A stretch of 64,000 nucleotides of DNA, taken from Shigella phage ESh28. The stretch lies in sequence record ON528738, one strand, 5' to 3'. How positions within the stretch are numbered: the stretch's first letter is position 1; the number at the start of each line of letters is the position of its first letter. The notes beneath the pieces are model-generated. The model was not told the origin of the DNA and did not search any database. It saw only the letters and a program-made list of their open reading frames with translations. Position numbers and translations under genes: made by a program. Of this stretch, positions 1 through 8,749 are shown piece after piece.

Positions 1-38
1 TTAAACTGGGAAAATATCAACGAATTCTGTGGTGAATA

Positions 39-278
39 ATGAAATTTCGTTTGGTACAGCTCACAGCAATTAGTTCTTATTCCAACGAGAACATTTCATT
101 TGCTGTAGAGTATAAGAAGTATTTTTTCTCTAAATGGAAGCAGTATTATAAGTCAAACTGGGTTTGTATTGATAGACCACATAGTTGGAAATCTGATTTA
201 GAAAAATGCCAAAAATTACTTTCCACTCTTAAAGAACGTGGAACAACTCATATTAAAACTGTAATAGGTAGTAAATAA
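39..278 (+). CDS. hypothetical small protein (31.2-region ORF)
   Basis: 79-aa ATG ORF, bounded upstream by in-frame stop; no recognisable motif. Confidence 0.35.
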   Translation: MKFRLVQLTAISSYSNENISFAVEYKKYFFSKWKQYYKSNWVCIDRPHSWKSDLEKCQKLLSTLKERGTTHIKTVIGSK

Positions 279-587
279 ATGAAACTGACGACTGAACAAA
301 AAGTAGCAATTCGTGAAATTTTGAAAACTAAATTGTCCATGGGTGTTTCAAACGTAGTTTTTGAAAAGTCTGATGGTACTATTCGTACTATGAAAGGTAC
401 TCGTGACGCAGACTTTATGCCAACCATGCAAACTGGTAAATTGACTGAATCAACTCGGAAAGAATCTACTGACATGATTCCAGTATTTGATGTTGAACTT
501 GGTGCATGGCGAGGTTTTTCTATTGACAAATTGATTTCTGTTAATGGTATGAAAGTTGAGCATTTACTCCAATTTATTGGTAAATAA
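279..587 (+). CDS. hypothetical protein (31.1-like position)
   Basis: 102-aa ATG ORF immediately upstream of gene 31; same strand as early genes. Confidence 0.5.
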   Translation: MKLTTEQKVAIREILKTKLSMGVSNVVFEKSDGTIRTMKGTRDADFMPTMQTGKLTESTRKESTDMIPVFDVELGAWRGFSIDKLISVNGMKVEHLLQFIGK

Positions 588-588
588 A

Positions 589-613
589 TGCTTTAAGAAT
601 TATTTGTTATTAT
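589..613 (+). promoter_or_regulatory. middle-type promoter (MotA box TGCTTTA, 12-nt gap, -10 TATTAT) upstream of gene 31
   Basis: TGCTTTA at 589-595, TATTAT at 608-613; T4 middle promoter architecture. Confidence 0.5.
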
Positions 614-643
614 TAATTCATCTGTTAACAAAAAGGAAAAACG

Positions 644-979
644 ATGTCTGAAGTACAACAGCTACCAATTCGTGCTGTCGGTGAGTATGTTATTTTAGTT
701 TCTGAACCCGCACAAGCCGGTGATGAAGAAGTTACAGAATCAGGACTTATTATCGGTAAACGTGTTCAAGGTGAAGTTCCTGAACTGTGTGTAGTTCACT
801 CTGTCGGTCCTGATGTTCCTGAAGGTTTCTGCGAAGTTGGTGATTTGACTTCTCTTCCAGTTGGTCAAATTCGAAATGTTCCGCATCCTTTTGTAGCTCT
901 GGGTCTTAAGCAGCCAAAAGAAATTAAACAAAAATTCGTTACTTGTCACTATAAAGCTATTCCGTGTCTTTATAAGTGA
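644..979 (+). CDS. 31: co-chaperonin GroES-like, gp31
   Basis: 111-aa [22 protein letters not shown]..., matches recalled T4 gp31 length and sequence; SD AAGGA 8 nt upstream. Confidence 0.9.
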
Positions 980-987
980 TATAAATA
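980..987 (+). promoter_or_regulatory. late promoter TATAAATA
   Basis: exact TATAAATA immediately after gene 31 stop. Confidence 0.4.
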
Positions 988-1126
988 ATAATATGAATTG
1001 GGTGTCGGAATAATAAGTTAACCGAACAATTCTATGTGGTAGTCTACAACTGAGAGATCTGTCGAAAGAAGATGAAATTCAGAAGAACGTGACTACCGAG
1101 TTTTAATCTCTAACGAGAATTTTTAA

Positions 1127-1375
1127 ATGATTAAACAATTACAACACGCTCTTGAACTGCAACGAAACGCATGGAATAATGGTCACGAAAACTATGGCGC
1201 ATCTATTGATGTTGAAGCCGAAGCTCTTGAAATCCTGCGTTATTTCAAACATCTGAATCCTGCTCAAACTGCATTAGCTGCTGAGCTTCAGGAAAAAGAT
1301 GAACTTAAGTATGCTAAGCCTCTGGCTTCTGCTGCACGAAAAGCAGTTCGTCACTTTGTGGTAACACTGAAGTAA
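1127..1375 (+). CDS. rIII: lysis-inhibition accessory protein rIII
   Basis: 82-aa ORF, position between gene 31 and gene 30 cluster and length match T4 rIII. Confidence 0.8.
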   Translation: MIKQLQHALELQRNAWNNGHENYGASIDVEAEALEILRYFKHLNPAQTALAAELQEKDELKYAKPLASAARKAVRHFVVTLK

Positions 1376-1620
1376 TTTATTGGAGATTCACTGCCTTAGT
1401 GTGAGCTAAAATCGAGGAGCCATCGAACTGTCTGATTAATGATTTGCGAATCATTATAGTTTTAAGACCCCGGCAGTTTTACGGTGTACCTCTTGAATGT
1501 GAATGATGACGGGTTTATGGTTATCCTGGTCGTTAAATATCCAAAAACCTATGTTCCCCTTGAGGGCTTGCGCAGGCAATGCCAATAAGTCCTGCATTTT
1601 CATTTAAAAGAGAATTTATA

Positions 1621-1797
1621 ATGGCAAAACAAGCTAAAGCAAAGAAAGCAGTTGAAAAGAAAGTTGGTGATTCTAAACGCGCTGGCTACAAGCGTGGGTC
1701 GAACTCTCGTATCAATCAAACTGTTGAGAAGATCATGCGCCGAGCACGTGCGGTTCTTCGAGATGATGCTTCTCGTTTTGGTAAGCAGAAAGCATAA
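1621..1797 (+). CDS. small highly basic protein (30.9-like); alternative start at 1579
   Basis: MAKQAKAKKAVEKK... 58 aa from ATG 1621; track ORF extends to ATG 1579; followed by strong terminator. Confidence 0.45.
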   Translation: MAKQAKAKKAVEKKVGDSKRAGYKRGSNSRINQTVEKIMRRARAVLRDDASRFGKQKA

Positions 1798-1802
1798 GTT
1801 GA

Positions 1803-1830
1803 GGACTCCTTCGGGAGTCCTTTTTTATTT
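1803..1830 (+). terminator. rho-independent terminator (GGACTCC-TTCG-GGAGTCC + T-run)
   Basis: 7-bp GC stem, UUCG tetraloop, TTTTTTATTTT tail. Confidence 0.75.
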
Positions 1831-1850
1831 TCCAAAGATTGCATAAAGTT

Positions 1851-1880
1851 GTTTACAGTATGGTTCCTTTGTGATAGTAT
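1851..1880 (+). promoter_or_regulatory. early-type promoter (-35 GTTTAC, extended -10 TGnTAGTAT)
   Basis: GTTTAC 1851-1856, TAGTAT 1875-1880, 18-nt spacer. Confidence 0.55.
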
Positions 1881-1907
1881 TATCTTACACAAACAAAGGA
1901 GAATAAA

Positions 1908-2240
1908 ATGAAAACGATTAATCTGAACGCTGCAGTTAAAACTAAATGCTTCAATGGTAAATATGATGAAACTATGTGGTTCTTAATGGCAGTTGAAGGT
2001 GATATTATTGAAGTAGAAACAACAGAAGGTATGGGAACAGATTTCACCTTTACAATTCAAGTTCATAATTTCTTTACTGGTTGGATTTATGAATTGAATA
2101 CAGTAATCGTTGGAAAAATTGAACAAAATGAATTAGGTGAATGGTATTATGTTACAGCTCGCCAACGTGCCGAACGCTTAATTGAGAAGATGAAAAAAGT
2201 TGGTAAACTTGACATGCAGCATTGGAAAGTAGTAAAATAA
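1908..2240 (+). CDS. hypothetical protein (30.8-like)
   Basis: 110-aa ATG ORF with SD AAGGAG. Confidence 0.55.
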   Translation: MKTINLNAAVKTKCFNGKYDETMWFLMAVEGDIIEVETTEGMGTDFTFTIQVHNFFTGWIYELNTVIVGKIEQNELGEWYYVTARQRAERLIEKMKKVGKLDMQHWKVVK

Positions 2241-2242
2241 TT

Positions 2243-2271
2243 GTTTACTTTGGTACAGGATATGATATTAT
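2243..2271 (+). promoter_or_regulatory. early-type promoter (-35 GTTTAC, -10 TGaTATTAT)
   Basis: GTTTAC 2243-2248, TATTAT 2266-2271. Confidence 0.5.
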
Positions 2272-2308
2272 ATACCTGTACCGCAATTAAACATCTCGGA
2301 GAATAAAA

Positions 2309-2674
2309 ATGAACTACATCAACTTTGAGCGTAAATATGTTTCTAATGGTATTGCAGGTTCTATTGATACTATCTGCCTTTGGAAACATCAAAATGGATC
2401 AGTATGCGAAATTGAACAGTATATGACTCCTAACTACGTTTATATGCGATTTGAAAATGGCATCACGGTTTCAATCACAATGGAAGGTTCCAACTTCAAA
2501 ATCGCTCTGGATGATGATTTTCGTCAACGCGATTTAGGGACCCATCCTTGCTGGAATGGCGCTAATCGTAAGCTTCTGGTTAAAACTTGGATTCGTCATA
2601 TTTTGAGTAACAGAGCTAAACCTGAGCATCTTGAAGCAATCTTTGATGTAGTTCTCAACGAATTTGATATTTAA
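2309..2674 (+). CDS. hypothetical protein (30.7-like)
   Basis: 121-aa ATG ORF, SD GGAGA. Confidence 0.55.
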   Translation: MNYINFERKYVSNGIAGSIDTICLWKHQNGSVCEIEQYMTPNYVYMRFENGITVSITMEGSNFKIALDDDFRQRDLGTHPCWNGANRKLLVKTWIRHILSNRAKPEHLEAIFDVVLNEFDI

Positions 2675-2683
2675 AATAAAATG

Positions 2684-2699
2684 AGGGGCTTCGGCCCCT
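2684..2699 (+). terminator. GC hairpin AGGGGC-TTCG-GCCCCT (weak terminator or RNA-stability hairpin)
   Basis: 6-bp GC stem with UUCG loop, no T-run. Confidence 0.35.
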
Positions 2700-2715
2700 T
2701 ACTGAGGAAAATACT

Positions 2716-3003
2716 ATGTTTATGACTACTTATTTTGACACCCGCAAAAATTTCTGTGAAGTGGTTTTCTCTAAGGCGCCTAAAGACCTTCCTGCTCATT
2801 TGCAACCTACCAGTGAATCGATTAAAAACTATGTTAATGTAGTCTGCCCTTTAGAGTTCCGTACTGTAAATGGGCGCGATACTTTAGCTATCACTAAACT
2901 CAATCGTGAAATTGACATTGACCCTTCAATTGCGCGTGAAATTAATATTTCTGATATTGGCGGCGGTAATGTTAAATCACACGGCTTTCAGATGAGGTTC
3001 TGA
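2716..3003 (+). CDS. hypothetical protein
   Basis: 95-aa ATG ORF, SD GAGGA. Confidence 0.5.
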   Translation: MFMTTYFDTRKNFCEVVFSKAPKDLPAHLQPTSESIKNYVNVVCPLEFRTVNGRDTLAITKLNREIDIDPSIAREINISDIGGGNVKSHGFQMRF

Positions 3004-3200
3004 TGAAATTCTTTTTAGGTCAAACTGTTGAATTAAAGGGAGTTGGTATACCTGGATTAATTTCTAAGGTTCTACCTCCATTTAAATGGAGTGGTGTTCA
3101 AATAAAAGAGGCTTATATTGTTTCCTGGGTAGATGGAAATGAAGACCTTCGTATGGGTGATGAATTATCTCCTATTTACGGATTAAAGGAATTAGTATGA
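3003..3200 (+). CDS. hypothetical protein
   Basis: 65-aa ORF, ATG overlaps upstream stop (TGATG), SD GAGG. Confidence 0.45.
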   Translation: MKFFLGQTVELKGVGIPGLISKVLPPFKWSGVQIKEAYIVSWVDGNEDLRMGDELSPIYGLKELV

Positions 3201-3403
3201 ATATAATTAATAAGATTTTTGGAATTCAGTACATTAAGGTCACATATAAAGTAACAGATAAAAATCCATATACTGATGAACATGAAGAACCACAAGTTAA
3301 GTCTATTATATTAGAAAAGGACCCTAACTGGCCAGTTGAATTTCGTCTTCCTTGCTATGGTCATTGGGCTGATGTTGAAATTATAAGTATTGAAAATGCC
3401 TGA
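3197..3403 (+). CDS. hypothetical protein
   Basis: 68-aa ORF, ATGA-type overlap with upstream gene, SD AAGGA. Confidence 0.45.
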   Translation: MNIINKIFGIQYIKVTYKVTDKNPYTDEHEEPQVKSIILEKDPNWPVEFRLPCYGHWADVEIISIENA

Positions 3404-3854
3404 GTTAGAGATTAGAAGCAATTTTAGATGGCCATCGTGTGCATTAAGTAATTTCGCCCAATGGCCTTTTGTTATGGATGGTATCCAATTTGGAGGTCTT
3501 GAAGGATTTCTCCAAGGATGTAAGGTGAAAAATGTTGAACAGCAACGTCGTGTATTTGGGTTATCCGGGCTTGCCGCCCAACAAGCTGGAAGGTCTTATG
3601 CTAGAGCTCAGGACCGTGGGACCCTCTTCTGGCTCGGAGTTCCGTTTTCAAGATACTCTCCAGCGTGGAAAGAATTATACACAAATGCGTATTTTGAGGC
3701 AGCGATTCAAAACAAGGGCTTTCGTGATGCATTACTAGCCTCGAAAGGAAAAGTTTTGAAGCATAGCATGGCTAGTGGTCTAACAAAAGATGATACAATA
3801 CTAACCGAAGCTGAATTTATTGATGTGTTAAACCTATTAAGAGACTCTCTATGA
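3396..3854 (+). CDS. NADAR / YbiA-like (DUF1768) protein, putative ADP-ribose or N-glycoside hydrolase
   Basis: motif ALSNFAQWPFVMDGIQF...EGFLQG resembles YbiA/NADAR signature DFSNFAxWPIxxDG...EHYFQA (recalled); track ORF starts at TTG 3390, first ATG 3396; GC content visibly higher than flanks. Confidence 0.55.
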   Translation: MPELEIRSNFRWPSCALSNFAQWPFVMDGIQFGGLEGFLQGCKVKNVEQQRRVFGLSGLAAQQAGRSYARAQDRGTLFWLGVPFSRYSPAWKELYTNAYFEAAIQNKGFRDALLASKGKVLKHSMASGLTKDDTILTEAEFIDVLNLLRDSL

Positions 3855-4483
3855 AGCCTACTATTTTGACTGATATTGACGGGGTGTGTTTAAGCTGGCA
3901 ATCGGGCCTTCCTTATTTTGCCCAAAAATATAATCTTCCGTTGGAACATATTTTAAAAATGATTCAGGACGAAAAATTTATTTCTCCTGGTAAGCTCTTT
4001 AATTGCGATGAAGAACTTGGTGTTAAATTAATCGAAAAGTATAATCGTTCAGATTTTATTCGTTATTTGTCTCCATATAAAGATGCTCTATGTGTAATTA
4101 ACAAATTAAAAGAAGATTATAATTTTGTAGCTGTTACAGCATTGGGTGATTCTATTGACGCTCTGCTGAATCGTCAATTTAATTTGAATGCTCTTTTTCC
4201 TGGTGCCTTCTCAGAAGTATTGATGTGTGGTCATGATTCTTCAAAAGAAGAGTTGTTCAAAAAGGCAAAAGAGAAATATAACGTAATTTGTTATATTGAC
4301 GATCTCGCTCACCACTGCGATCACGCGAGTGAAATATTAAATGTTCCTGTTTATTGGATGGCTCGAGGAGAGCGTGACAATATTCCAAAAACTGCGCAGC
4401 GAGTTTATACATGGAATGATGTAGAGAATAAGCTTTTCCATCGAAGGAAAATAAAGAAAGTTTTGATAGTGAAAAAGTTATAA
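3851..4483 (+). CDS. HAD-superfamily phosphatase (5'-nucleotidase-like)
   Basis: N-terminal ILTDIDGV (DxDGV motif I), downstream VTALGDS and YIDD motifs; 210 aa; ATGA overlap with upstream gene. Confidence 0.6.
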   Translation: MKPTILTDIDGVCLSWQSGLPYFAQKYNLPLEHILKMIQDEKFISPGKLFNCDEELGVKLIEKYNRSDFIRYLSPYKDALCVINKLKEDYNFVAVTALGDSIDALLNRQFNLNALFPGAFSEVLMCGHDSSKEELFKKAKEKYNVICYIDDLAHHCDHASEILNVPVYWMARGERDNIPKTAQRVYTWNDVENKLFHRRKIKKVLIVKKL

Positions 4484-4500
4484 AAGATGTAATTGAGAAG

Positions 4501-4686
4501 ATGATTAAAAACGATTCTTTTCCTTGGAACACTACCTGGAGAACTCCTGGATTTAATCCTTATAATCTATATCATCCATATCAGACGCATCCGTTTCAGA
4601 CATGGAACTATATTAAACCCGGTGGCATAGAGTATTTGTATAATAGACCTACTAGTGGTGATAATATTTTCCAAGGAGCATTCTAA
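4501..4686 (+). CDS. hypothetical small protein
   Basis: 61-aa ATG ORF, SD GAGAAG. Confidence 0.35.
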   Translation: MIKNDSFPWNTTWRTPGFNPYNLYHPYQTHPFQTWNYIKPGGIEYLYNRPTSGDNIFQGAF

Positions 4687-4955
4687 TGTTTGTCGTTCAC
4701 ACTATTTATGAAAATGAAGGTAATACTACACGTGATTACGGTCACGTAAATCAATTTTTTAGATGCAATCCAGAATTTCGAGCTCAAAAAGACGAACGAA
4801 TTTTTAAAAAATGTGTAGAGCAAGGTTTCATTTACGTCAAGCACTGGATGCAAGGAAATAAAGTTAGAACCACGTACCACAAGTCTTTGACTGAGCTTAA
4901 TGATGAATTGATTTATAATAGAGCTGTAAACCAAACTCTAAAGGATGAACAATGA
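4686..4955 (+). CDS. hypothetical protein (30.1-like)
   Basis: 89-aa ATG ORF, coupled to gene 30 start. Confidence 0.45.
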   Translation: MFVVHTIYENEGNTTRDYGHVNQFFRCNPEFRAQKDERIFKKCVEQGFIYVKHWMQGNKVRTTYHKSLTELNDELIYNRAVNQTLKDEQ

Positions 4956-6415
4956 TTCTTAAAATTCTGAACGAAATAGCATCTATTGGTTCAACTAAGC
5001 AGAAGCAAGCAATTCTTGAAAAGAATAAAGATAATGAATTGCTTAAACGAGTATATCGTCTGACTTATTCTCGTGGGTTACAGTATTATATCAAGAAATG
5101 GCCTAAACCTGGTATTGCTACCCAGAGTTTTGGAATGTTGACTCTTACCGATATGCTTGACTTCATTGAATTCACGTTAGCTACTCGGAAATTGACCGGA
5201 AATGCGGCAATTGAGGAATTAACTGGATATATTGCTGACGGTAAAAAAGATGATGTTGAAGTTTTGCGTCGGGTGATGATGCGAGACCTTGAATGCGGTG
5301 CTTCAGTATCTATTGCAAACAAAGTTTGGCCAGGTTTAATTCCTGAACAACCTCAAATGCTGGCAAGTTCTTATGATGAAAAAGGCATTAATAAGAATAT
5401 CAAATTTCCAGCATTTGCCCAATTAAAAGCTGATGGAGCTCGATGCTTTGCTGAAGTCAGAGGTGATGAATTAGATGATGTTCGTCTTTTATCACGAGCT
5501 GGTAATGAATATCTAGGATTAGATCTTCTCAAGGAAGAGTTAATCAAAATGACTGCAGAAGCTCGCCAGATTCATCCAGAAGGTGTGTTAATTGATGGCG
5601 AATTGGTATACCATGAGCAAGTTGAAAAGGAACCAGAAGGCCTAGATTTTCTTTTTGATGCTTATCCTGAAATTAGTAAAGCTAAAGAATTCGCCGAAGT
5701 AGCTGAATCACGTACTACTTCTAATGGAATCGCTAATAAATCTTTAAAGGGAACCATTTCCGAAAAAGAAGCACAATGCATGAAGTTTCAGGTCTGGGAC
5801 TATGTTCCATTAGTAGAAATATATGGTCTTCCAGCATTTCGTTTAAAATATGATGTACGTTTTTCTAAACTAGAACAAATGACATCAGGCTATGATAAAG
5901 TAATTTTAATTGAAAACCAGGTAGTAAATAACCTAGATGAAGCTAAGGTAATTTATAAAAAGTATATTGACCAAGGTCTTGAAGGTATTATTCTCAAAAA
6001 TATCGATGGATTATGGGAAAATGCTCGTTCAAAAAATCTTTATAAATTTAAAGAAGTAATTGATGTTGATTTAAAAATTGTAGGAATTTATCCTCACCGT
6101 AAAGACCCTACTAAAGCGGGTGGATTTATTCTTGAGTCAGAGTGTGGAAAAATTAAAGTAAATGCTGGTTCAGGCTTAAAAGATAAAGCTGGTGTAAAAT
6201 CGCATGAACTTGACCGTACTCGCATTATGGAAAACCAAAATTATTATATTGGAAAAATTCTAGAGTGCGAATGCAACGGTTGGTTAAAATCTGATGGCCG
6301 CACTGATTACGTTAAATTATTTCTTCCGATTGCGATTCGTTTACGTGAAGATAAAACTAAAGCTAATACATTCGAGGATGTATTTGGCGATTTTCATGAG
6401 GTAACTGGTTTATGA
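4952..6415 (+). CDS. 30: ATP-dependent DNA ligase gp30
   Basis: 487-aa ORF MILKILNEIASIGSTKQKQAILEKN..., matches recalled T4 DNA ligase sequence and length. Confidence 0.95.
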   Translation: MILKILNEIASIGSTKQKQAILEKNKDNELLKRVYRLTYSRGLQYYIKKWPKPGIATQSFGMLTLTDMLDFIEFTLATRKLTGNAAIEELTGYIADGKKDDVEVLRRVMMRDLECGASVSIANKVWPGLIPEQPQMLASSYDEKGINKNIKFPAFAQLKADGARCFAEVRGDELDDVRLLSRAGNEYLGLDLLKEELIKMTAEARQIHPEGVLIDGELVYHEQVEKEPEGLDFLFDAYPEISKAKEFAEVAESRTTSNGIANKSLKGTISEKEAQCMKFQVWDYVPLVEIYGLPAFRLKYDVRFSKLEQMTSGYDKVILIENQVVNNLDEAKVIYKKYIDQGLEGIILKNIDGLWENARSKNLYKFKEVIDVDLKIVGIYPHRKDPTKAGGFILESECGKIKVNAGSGLKDKAGVKSHELDRTRIMENQNYYIGKILECECNGWLKSDGRTDYVKLFLPIAIRLREDKTKANTFEDVFGDFHEVTGL

Positions 6416-6600
6416 AAGCTTACTTAGAAACAATTGTCATTGCTCAAAAAGAAGGTGGAGATGTTTCTACTTCTGTATCACAAGTCATTCTCGAATTTGT
6501 AGATGCATATGCTTACAATAAATTTACAGAAACATTTGATGCCTATGAAAAAGGTCCAAAGTTTGAAATATACCGTACTCTCTTACCACTAGATTACTAA
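6412..6600 (+). CDS. hypothetical small protein
   Basis: 62-aa ORF, ATGA overlap with ligase stop, SD GAGGT. Confidence 0.45.
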   Translation: MKAYLETIVIAQKEGGDVSTSVSQVILEFVDAYAYNKFTETFDAYEKGPKFEIYRTLLPLDY

Positions 6601-6624
6601 AGGCCTTCGGGCCTTTAATTTTAT
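6600..6624 (+). terminator. hairpin AAGGCC-TTCG-GGCCTT + T-rich tail
   Basis: GC stem with UUCG loop followed by TTAATTTTA. Confidence 0.5.
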
Positions 6625-6629
6625 AAATA
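6622..6629 (+). promoter_or_regulatory. late promoter TATAAATA upstream of alt
   Basis: exact TATAAATA about 24 nt before alt start. Confidence 0.7.
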
Positions 6630-6652
6630 GAATAAACACTAGAGAGGATATG

Positions 6653-8746
6653 ATGGAACTCATTACAGAATTATTTGACGAAGATACTACTCTTCCGATT
6701 ACAAACTTAAATCCAAAGAAGAAAATACCACAAATTTTTTCAGTTCATGTTGATGACGCAATTGAACAACCAGGCTTTCGTTTATGTACCTATACATCTG
6801 GAGGTGATACTAATCGCGATTTAAAGATGGGCGATAAAATGATGCATATTGTTCCTTTTACATTAACTGCTAAAGGTTCAATTGCTAAATTAAAAGGTCT
6901 TGGTCCAAGCCCAATTAATTATATCAATTCAGTTTTTACTGTTGCAATGCAAACAATGCGCCAGTATAAAATTGATGCTTGTATGCTTCGTATTCTTAAG
7001 TCTAAAACTGCTGGCCAAGCTCGACAAATTCAAGTTATTGCTGATAGACTTATCCGTAGTCGTTCAGGTGGCAGATACGTCCTTCTTAAGGAACTCTGGG
7101 ATTATGATAAAAAGTATGCATATATTCTTATACATCGCAAAAATGTATCACTAGAAGACATTCCAGGAGTTCCGGAAATTAGTACCGAGCTCTTTACTAA
7201 AGTTGAATCGAAGGTCGGTGATGTTTATATCAATAAAGATACTGGGGCTCAAGTAACTAAAAATGAGGCAATTGCAGCATCTATTGCACAAGAAAATGAT
7301 AAACGTTCTGACCAAGCTGTAATCGTTAAAGTTAAAATTTCACGTAGAGCAATTGCGCAAAGTCAATCATTGGAATCTTCTAGATTTGAAAGTGAATTAT
7401 TCCAGAAGTATGAATCTACCGCAGCTAATTTCAATAAACCTGCTACAGCTCCTTTAATTCCTGAAGCAGAAGAAATGAAGCTTGGAATTAATTCATTAGC
7501 TTCTAAAACTAAGGCAGCAAAAATTATTGCTGAAGGAACTGCAGATGAACTTCATTATGACTATAAATTCTTTTCAAAAAGTGAGGTTAATGAAGTTTCT
7601 GAAAAAATTAAAGATGTAATTCTTAATGCGATTAAAAATGAACCAACTACTTCAATAAAATGTTTAGAGAAATACGCAGCAGCTGTTAATCAATTATTTG
7701 AAGAATATAAAGATAACTGGCTTGATAAACATAATAAAACTCGTAAAGGACAGACAGATGAAGTCTGGGAAGAAATAACTAAAAATTCCTGGAACGCAGC
7801 AAAAACTAAATTCCTCAAACGAATGATTTATAGCTTTTCTGGAATTGGTGCAGGTCCAATGATTGATATTACTATTGCCCGTGATGGTTCTAAATATACT
7901 CCATCACAAAAGCGCGGCATTAGAGAGTATTGTGGTTCAGGATATACTGACATCAATAATCTTCTTTTAGGACGCTACAATCCAGAACGATATGATGTAA
8001 TGAGTGAAAAAGAAATTGAATCTGCTATAAATAACTTAGATTCAGCTTTTGAAAATGGTGACCGTATACCAGAAGGCATTACAGTTTATCGTGCTCAAAG
8101 TATGACTGCTCCTATATATGAAGCGTTAGTTAAAAATAAAGTGTTCTACTTCAGAAATTTTGTATCTACTTCTTTAACTCCTATCATTTTTGGACGTTTT
8201 GGAATCACACATGCTGGTATTGGTCTTTTAGAACCAGAAGCTCGCAATGAATTAACAGTTGATAAAAATGAAGAAGGAATAACTATTAATCCAAACGAAA
8301 TAAGAGCGTATAAAGAAAATCCTGAATACGTTAAAGTTCAAATAGGATGGGCAATTGATGGAGCTCATAAAGTTAATGTTGTATATCCAGGAAGTCTCGG
8401 AATAGCAACAGAAGCTGAAGTTATTCTACCGCGTGGATTGATGGTCAAAGTTAATAAAATAACTGATGCTTCTAATAATGACGGAACAACATCTAATAAT
8501 ACAAAACTCATTCAAGCTGAAGTTATGACCACGGAAGAGCTCACCGAATCGGTAATCTATGACGGAGACCATTTAATGGAAACCGGTGAAGTAGTTGCAA
8601 TGACAGGTGATATTGAAATAGACGACAGAGTTGACTTTGCATCATTTGTTTCATCAAATGTTAAACAGAAAGTAGAATCATCTCTTGGAATTATTGCGTC
8701 TTGCATAGATATTACAAACATGCCTTACAAGTTCGTTCAAGGATAA
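6653..8746 (+). CDS. alt: Alt ADP-ribosyltransferase (capsid-packaged), copy 1
   Basis: MELITELFDEDTTLPITNL... matches recalled T4 Alt; YRAQ / FVSTSL / EAEVILPRG (R-S-ExE ART motifs); ATG 6650 also possible. Confidence 0.9.
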   Translation: MELITELFDEDTTLPITNLNPKKKIPQIFSVHVDDAIEQPGFRLCTYTSGGDTNRDLKMGDKMMHIVPFTLTAKGSIAKLKGLGPSPINYINSVFTVAMQTMRQYKIDACMLRILKSKTAGQARQIQVIADRLIRSRSGGRYVLLKELWDYDKKYAYILIHRKNVSLEDIPGVPEISTELFTKVESKVGDVYINKDTGAQVTKNEAIAASIAQENDKRSDQAVIVKVKISRRAIAQSQSLESSRFESELFQKYESTAANFNKPATAPLIPEAEEMKLGINSLASKTKAAKIIAEGTADELHYDYKFFSKSEVNEVSEKIKDVILNAIKNEPTTSIKCLEKYAAAVNQLFEEYKDNWLDKHNKTRKGQTDEVWEEITKNSWNAAKTKFLKRMIYSFSGIGAGPMIDITIARDGSKYTPSQKRGIREYCGSGYTDINNLLLGRYNPERYDVMSEKEIESAINNLDSAFENGDRIPEGITVYRAQSMTAPIYEALVKNKVFYFRNFVSTSLTPIIFGRFGITHAGIGLLEPEARNELTVDKNEEGITINPNEIRAYKENPEYVKVQIGWAIDGAHKVNVVYPGSLGIATEAEVILPRGLMVKVNKITDASNNDGTTSNNTKLIQAEVMTTEELTESVIYDGDHLMETGEVVAMTGDIEIDDRVDFASFVSSNVKQKVESSLGIIASCIDITNMPYKFVQG

Positions 8747-8749
8747 ATC

